Part shown: positions 47,618 through 52,333 of the stretch, piece after piece
Numbering within the stretch: the stretch's first letter is position 1
Layout: every line of letters starts with the position of its first letter
NCBI GenBank assembly: GCA_021796415.1
Contig: JAJYJC010000004.1
Location: 1 to 52,333 of the forward strand
Length of the DNA: 52,333 bases
Origin: a bacterium
Lineage (GTDB): Bacteria; Patescibacteriota; CPR2; UBA1875; JAJYID01
Direction: 5' to 3'
Made by a program: the position numbers and the translations under genes
Notes under the pieces: model-generated
What the model saw: the letters and a program-made list of their open reading frames with translations, nothing else
Database searches by the model: none
Told to the model about the DNA's origin: nothing

Positions 47618-50600
47618 CTATTCTTCTTCGGCATCGCTTGTCACATCGACTTCCGGAAGATCCGGGATGTCTTTGCCTTCGATTATCTCCGCATCTTTCA
47701 ATTCTTTAATATCCTCATCATATTCATTTTCAATGGCTTCTTCCGCGCCAACTTCCATCTTTATGCGGTCATGAGAATCTTTCTGCAGAAGCTCGATATT
47801 CAAGCCGAGGCCTTGCAATTCCTTTGTCAGAACATTGAATGATTCCGGAATGCCCGGCTCCTTTATTTCCTCGCCCTTGATGGTTGACTCGTATACTTTA
47901 CTCCTGCCGATAACATCATCTGATTTAACAGTAAGCATTTCCTGCAATGTGTTGGCAGCACCGTACGCTTCAAGCGCCCACACTTCCATCTCACCAAACC
48001 TCTGTCCGCCGTTTTGCGCCTTCCCGCCGAGAGGTTGCTGGGTAACCATAGCGTACGGGCCGATCGATCTGGCGTGAACCTTGTCCTCAACCAAATGGTG
48101 TAGTTTCAACATGTAGTTCTGCCCTACTGTGGTTTTCTGATCGAACGGATCGCCGGTTCTGCCATCATATAGCTGAATGCTCCCGCCTTCCGGCAGTCCC
48201 GCTTTTTTCAATTCCTCTTTTATAGTCTTAATCTTTACTCCGTCGAAAACAGGCGAAGCGACCTTGTATCCAAGAGCCTTTGCAGCCCAGCCGAGATGCG
48301 TCTCCAAAACTTGGCCGATATTTAGACGCGAGACAACGCCGAGAGGATTTAGGACAATATCAACCGGCGCGCCATCCTCAAGATATGGCAAATCCTCTAC
48401 CGGGAGAATTCTTGCGATAACGCCCTTGTTGCCGTGACGTCCGGCCATCTTGTCTCCGACTGCCACTTTTCGCATCTGCGCAACAGTTACGAAAACTTGC
48501 TTGATAACACCTACGGGCAGCTCATCTCCCTTGTCTCGGCTTTTGATTCTTACGTCAATGACTTTCCCGTGAATTCTTGACGGAAGGCGAAGCGAAGAAT
48601 CCTTCACGTCTCTTGCCTTTTCGCCAAATATAGCTCGGAGCAATCTTTCTTCTGCTGTAAGCTCGGTTTCTCCCTTGGCTGTGATTTTTCCGACCAATAT
48701 GTCGCCGGCTGCTACCTCGGCGCCAATTCTGACGATGCCATCCTCATCCAGATCTCTTAACGCCTCTTCCCCGACATTTGGAATGTCTCGAGTAATAACC
48801 TCCGGACCGAGCTTTGTGTCCCTGACGTCTACCGGAAATTCTTCCAAGTGAATTGAGGTATATTTATCTTTTTGAAGCAATCTCTCTGAAATAATGATGG
48901 CGTCTTCGTAGTTGCCTCCCTGCCAGTTCATGTAAGCAACCAAGACATTTTGTCCTAGCGCGATTTCACCGTCTTCTGTCGAAGTCCCGTCAATTAAGAG
49001 ATCTCCCTTTTTGACTTTCTGGCCTTTTTCAACCACGGTTTTTTGATTGATGCAGGTGCCTTGGTTCGACATTCTGAATTTTTCCAAAACATATGTTTCT
49101 TCTTTTCCGCCTTGGTATTTAACTGTTACAGAATCAGCTGTCGAGGACATAACTTCCCCGTTTGCGCCGGCTCTGACTATCTGGCCTGAAGCTTCGGCGA
49201 CATTTGCCTCAACACCCGTTCCCACAATCGGAGATTCCGGCTTTACAAGAGATACGGCCTGGCGTTGCATATTTGCGCCCATCAAAGCTCTGTTTGCGGC
49301 ATCATGCTCAAGAAATGGGATCAAAGCCGTAGAAACACTCACCGCCTGTTTGCTTGAAACATCAATGTAATCAATTTCATCAATTTCCGCCTCGTCGGCT
49401 TCCAGGTGCCTGCGAACCGGAAGTATTTTTTCTTTAAAGTATCCTTTTTCATCCAACGGCGCATTTGCTTCTGCGATAATCGATTTTTCTTCCTCGGAAG
49501 CATCCAAATAAACTATTTCTTTTGTTACGCGAGGCCTTACCTTAACCGTTGTTTTTTTGATTTTTGCAAGTGCCTTTGCGGCCTTTTCAGTGATAGCTTC
49601 ACCGCTTCCAATAATCTTTTTAGCCCCTTCTTTAACCAGTTCATCTGAGATCTCACCAACAGCTGACTTGCCGTCATTTTTGACTTCTTTTACAACTTTT
49701 CTATACGGGCTTTCCAAAAATCCGTATTCGTTTACCTGCGCATATGATGCAAGGGCATTAACCAAGCCGATGTTTGGCCCTTCCGGAGTTTCTATCGGAC
49801 AGATTCTGCCATAATGGGTTCTGTGCACATCACGAACTTCAAAACCGGCACGCTCCCTTGTTAAACCACCCGGACCAAGCGCCGACAATCTTCTCTTGTT
49901 GGCAAGTTCTGCCAATGGGTTTGTCTGATCCATAAACTGAGACAGCTGAGATGATGCGAAGAATTCTTTGATAGCCGCTACAACAGGCCTGACATTCACC
50001 AGCTGGCTTGGTGTAACCGTTTCAGGATCATTGGTGCTCATCCTATCCCTGATAATTCTCTCTGTTCGAAGCAGCCCGACTCTAAATCTCTGCTGAAGCA
50101 ATTCGCCCATAGTCCTAAGACGCCTGTTTGCCAAGTGGTCTATATCATCCGGTTCGCCTTGCGTATTGTTCAATCGAATGACTTCCTTTATAACTTCGAT
50201 CAGATCTTCGATTCTGAAAATTCTGTTTTCTCTAGCCTCTGACAGATTTAAATTTAACCTTTTATTTATCTTGTATCTGCCGACTTTTGATAAGTCGTAT
50301 TTTTTGTGGTCAAGGAACATGCTGTCAATCAAAGATTTTGAGTTGTCTGCTGTAGCCAGATCTCCCGGCCTTATCCTTTTGTATGTCTCGATGTATGCTT
50401 CGTCTCGATTCGATGAAGCATCTTTGTCCAGTGTTTCCTGTATATAATCATGCTCTTTGTCGGTGTTTACATCCGCAAATGCTTTCTTTATGTCCTCATC
50501 CGTCACATAACCGAAGGCGCGCAGGAATGTGGTTATGGGAAATTTTCTTTTCCTGTCAATCTTCAAATATATGACGTCCTGAGCCGATGTCTCCATCTCA

Positions 50601-51106
50601 AGCCAAGCGCCGTAAACCGGTATCATTTTGGCTCCAAAAAGTTTTCGATCTCCCGAATATTCTGCGCTGAAGAATACTCCCGGAGATCTCATAAGCTGGC
50701 TGATTATTACCCTTTCCACACCATTAATGATAAAGGTGCCTCTTTTGGTCATGAGCGGAAGGTCGCCGAGGAAAATTTCCTGGCTTTTTGTTTTGCCGGT
50801 TACTTTATTTTTTAGTTCAACATTGACTCTGATGGGAGCTTCATAAGTCATCTTTTTCAATTTGGCGGTTTTCTCAGAGTGCTTTTCTTCCTCCAAATAA
50901 TAGTCCTTAAATGAAAGCTCTAAGTTCTTTTTTGTGAAGTCCTCGATCGGTGAAAGCTCTTCGAAAATTTCGCCGATACCTTCGCGTACAAACCAGTTAT
51001 AGCTTTGGGTTTGTACCTCGGTCAGGTTTGGCAAAGGGAGAACTTCCTGGACCTTGTTAAAATACTTTCTTTGTTTTTTTGCGGGCGCAGAGACGGCTTT
51101 TGACAT
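47618..51106 (-). CDS. rpoB: RNA polymerase beta subunit
   Basis: [27 protein letters not shown] and [12 protein letters not shown] motifs. Confidence 0.99.
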   Translation of the reverse strand: MSKAVSAPAKKQRKYFNKVQEVLPLPNLTEVQTQSYNWFVREGIGEIFEELSPIEDFTKKNLELSFKDYYLEEEKHSEKTAKLKKMTYEAPIRVNVELKNKVTGKTKSQEIFLGDLPLMTKRGTFIINGVERVIISQLMRSPGVFFSAEYSGDRKLFGAKMIPVYGAWLEMETSAQDVIYLKIDRKRKFPITTFLRAFGYVTDEDIKKAFADVNTDKEHDYIQETLDKDASSNRDEAYIETYKRIRPGDLATADNSKSLIDSMFLDHKKYDLSKVGRYKINKRLNLNLSEARENRIFRIEDLIEVIKEVIRLNNTQGEPDDIDHLANRRLRTMGELLQQRFRVGLLRTERIIRDRMSTNDPETVTPSQLVNVRPVVAAIKEFFASSQLSQFMDQTNPLAELANKRRLSALGPGGLTRERAGFEVRDVHRTHYGRICPIETPEGPNIGLVNALASYAQVNEYGFLESPYRKVVKEVKNDGKSAVGEISDELVKEGAKKIIGSGEAITEKAAKALAKIKKTTVKVRPRVTKEIVYLDASEEEKSIIAEANAPLDEKGYFKEKILPVRRHLEADEAEIDEIDYIDVSSKQAVSVSTALIPFLEHDAANRALMGANMQRQAVSLVKPESPIVGTGVEANVAEASGQIVRAGANGEVMSSTADSVTVKYQGGKEETYVLEKFRMSNQGTCINQKTVVEKGQKVKKGDLLIDGTSTEDGEIALGQNVLVAYMNWQGGNYEDAIIISERLLQKDKYTSIHLEEFPVDVRDTKLGPEVITRDIPNVGEEALRDLDEDGIVRIGAEVAAGDILVGKITAKGETELTAEERLLRAIFGEKARDVKDSSLRLPSRIHGKVIDVRIKSRDKGDELPVGVIKQVFVTVAQMRKVAVGDKMAGRHGNKGVIARILPVEDLPYLEDGAPVDIVLNPLGVVSRLNIGQVLETHLGWAAKALGYKVASPVFDGVKIKTIKEELKKAGLPEGGSIQLYDGRTGDPFDQKTTVGQNYMLKLHHLVEDKVHARSIGPYAMVTQQPLGGKAQNGGQRFGEMEVWALEAYGAANTLQEMLTVKSDDVIGRSKVYESTIKGEEIKEPGIPESFNVLTKELQGLGLNIELLQKDSHDRIKMEVGAEEAIENEYDEDIKELKDAEIIEGKDIPDLPEVDVTSDAEEE

Positions 51107-51240
51107 AAAAACAGTTGCTCCTTAATAAATTAAAATTAACTTCTCTTTTTTGTAGGAGTTTTTTTATTCTTCCATTATTTTTGGGAATTAGCCTCGGTCA
51201 ATTTATTCCCTTTTTTCTAGCATAATAAAGACTAAGGAAC

Positions 51241-51269
51241 AATATACTCTTTTTTTAAAAAATAGTCAA
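51241..51269 (-). promoter_or_regulatory. promoter of rpoBC
   Basis: TTGACT-17bp-TATATT. Confidence 0.7.
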
Positions 51270-51288
51270 CAGTTTTTCTCCTGTCATT

Positions 51289-52330
51289 GGTCGAGGCTTC
51301 GAGCATCTTGGACACTCATACATTAAAATCTATTGTAGCATGTTCAAAACCGGGTAAGCTATTTAAATATTCAAGAGGCGTTTTCATTCCCAGTGATTGA
51401 TGTGGTCTGTAGGTGTTGTATCTTTTACAATCAACAGTCAGAAACTTATTCAAATTCTCGTAAGTCATTCGTTTTCCTGTATGCTTAAATCCTCTTTTAT
51501 CTACTCCATGGCTTCTTTCAATAAAGCCGTTTAAGTGAGGCGAGCTGGCTTTAATTAAAATATGGTCAATCCCTCTCTCTTCCAAGTAGACATCAACCGG
51601 ATGCTTTACTCTAGTATGAGGAAATTGAGTATACGTGTTTTCAATACCGTTATCTGTTTGGATGGCATAAATACTGAAAGCCGGGGCAAAGAACCTTTCA
51701 GCTCTCTTTAAGAAATCTACAGTATTTGCCGGAGTAAAGTTATCATAGAGCCGCTTGTATTTAATTCTGGTAGCGCAGTCAATAATGTCATACTGGTAAG
51801 CCGCTCTCTTCCAGTGTTTTACATCTAGCTGGAGTCTTTCTCCCGGATAATATACATAATCAGAAAGTTTTCTTTCCCTTTTTCTCCTCTTTTGTTTCTT
51901 CAGCTTGTTTTCTCTGCCTAAAAGGTTATTGATTCCAGTTGGAGACAGCTTTATTCCATGATCTCTTTCAATCACGTAAGAAAGGTTGTATTTGCCGTAG
52001 CCAGTTTCCTTGCGAAGAGATAGAATCAGTTCTTTATTTGAACCATCAATTTGATTAGGGTGCGAACGCGCTATCTTTGGCTGATCATAGAGGCTGGTCA
52101 GCTTCTTGCCTGATTCTATCCATCTCTTATGCCAATAGTAGTAGCTGCTTCTTGGGACCCCATAATATCTACATGCTTCACTGGCACTTCCAAGTTCTTC
52201 CGCTTTCCGGAACCAGGCATACCTAATTCTGGCTCCATAGACCTCGAGTTGTTTGTTTGTCATATTCTTCTTGCTCACTTTCATCCTTTCATTTTAGATG
52301 AATGTGTCCAAGATGCTCGAGACCTTTACA
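51289..52330 (-). mobile_element. IS481-family-like insertion sequence
   Basis: 17-bp exact inverted repeats TCGAGCATCTTGGACAC (51299-51315 / 52304-52320); right end ACA at 52330; single DDE ORF. Confidence 0.85.
51316..52284 (-). CDS. DDE transposase (HTH plus integrase core)
   Basis: HTH ACRYYGVPRSSYYYW; catalytic QLDVK, TDNG and NGFIER; YN..RPHQSL. Confidence 0.92.
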   Translation of the reverse strand: MKVSKKNMTNKQLEVYGARIRYAWFRKAEELGSASEACRYYGVPRSSYYYWHKRWIESGKKLTSLYDQPKIARSHPNQIDGSNKELILSLRKETGYGKYNLSYVIERDHGIKLSPTGINNLLGRENKLKKQKRRKRERKLSDYVYYPGERLQLDVKHWKRAAYQYDIIDCATRIKYKRLYDNFTPANTVDFLKRAERFFAPAFSIYAIQTDNGIENTYTQFPHTRVKHPVDVYLEERGIDHILIKASSPHLNGFIERSHGVDKRGFKHTGKRMTYENLNKFLTVDCKRYNTYRPHQSLGMKTPLEYLNSLPGFEHATIDFNV

Positions 52331-52333
52331 TTT

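Noticed and set aside
1779-50846. Numerous plus-strand and nested ORFs in the ORF track
   Set aside because: They are antisense or alternate-frame shadows of well-supported minus-strand genes, with no motifs or RBS
43819-51106. Introns or inteins in rpoB/rpoC
   Set aside because: Continuous ORFs of ordinary length with no intein motifs
1-52333. Alternative genetic code (UGA=Gly)
   Set aside because: Long genes are open in code 11, and TGA ends rpsL, rplX, rplP, rplQ and ricT at expected positions

Overview
This is a bacterial core-genome segment, almost all on the minus strand, using genetic code 11. It is probably Patescibacteria/CPR, inferred from the missing rpmD, the reduced dcw cluster, Lys-rich r-protein tails and dense short palindromic repeats. 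Reading the minus strand from right to left: an IS481-type element; rpoB-rpoC; rpsL-rpsG-fusA-tuf-rpsJ; a 5-gene island (TrpR-like, DoxX, NUDIX, ilvE, baeRF/host-attachment-like) that splits the S10 operon; rplC...secY; infA-rpmJ-rpsM-rpsK-rpsD-rpoA-rplQ-rplM-rpsI; an RCK channel; rluD; holB; ricT; a TPR protein; a plus-strand tRNA-Thr/Tyr/Thr-rpmG-tRNA-Trp block; cupin; nitrilase; secE-nusG-rplK-rplA; a frameshifted asparaginase-like gene; csaA; and the dcw cluster mraZ...ftsQ. Six signals stand out. (1) EF-G has both guanine-specificity motifs G4 and G5 rewritten (NKIN, GGDGR). (2) A ~210-nt multibranched RNA with a boxA-like element lies between mraZ and rsmH. (3) Several families of periodic-motif hairpin elements sit at gene junctions of essential operons and supply stop codons and ribosome-binding sites. 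(4) Tiny palindromic units are inserted into other repeats and in-frame into genes. (5) An RCK channel has THFYH in place of TVGYG. (6) The RpoC trigger loop carries His->Gln. All calls come from reading the sequence by eye; no searches or folding programs were run.
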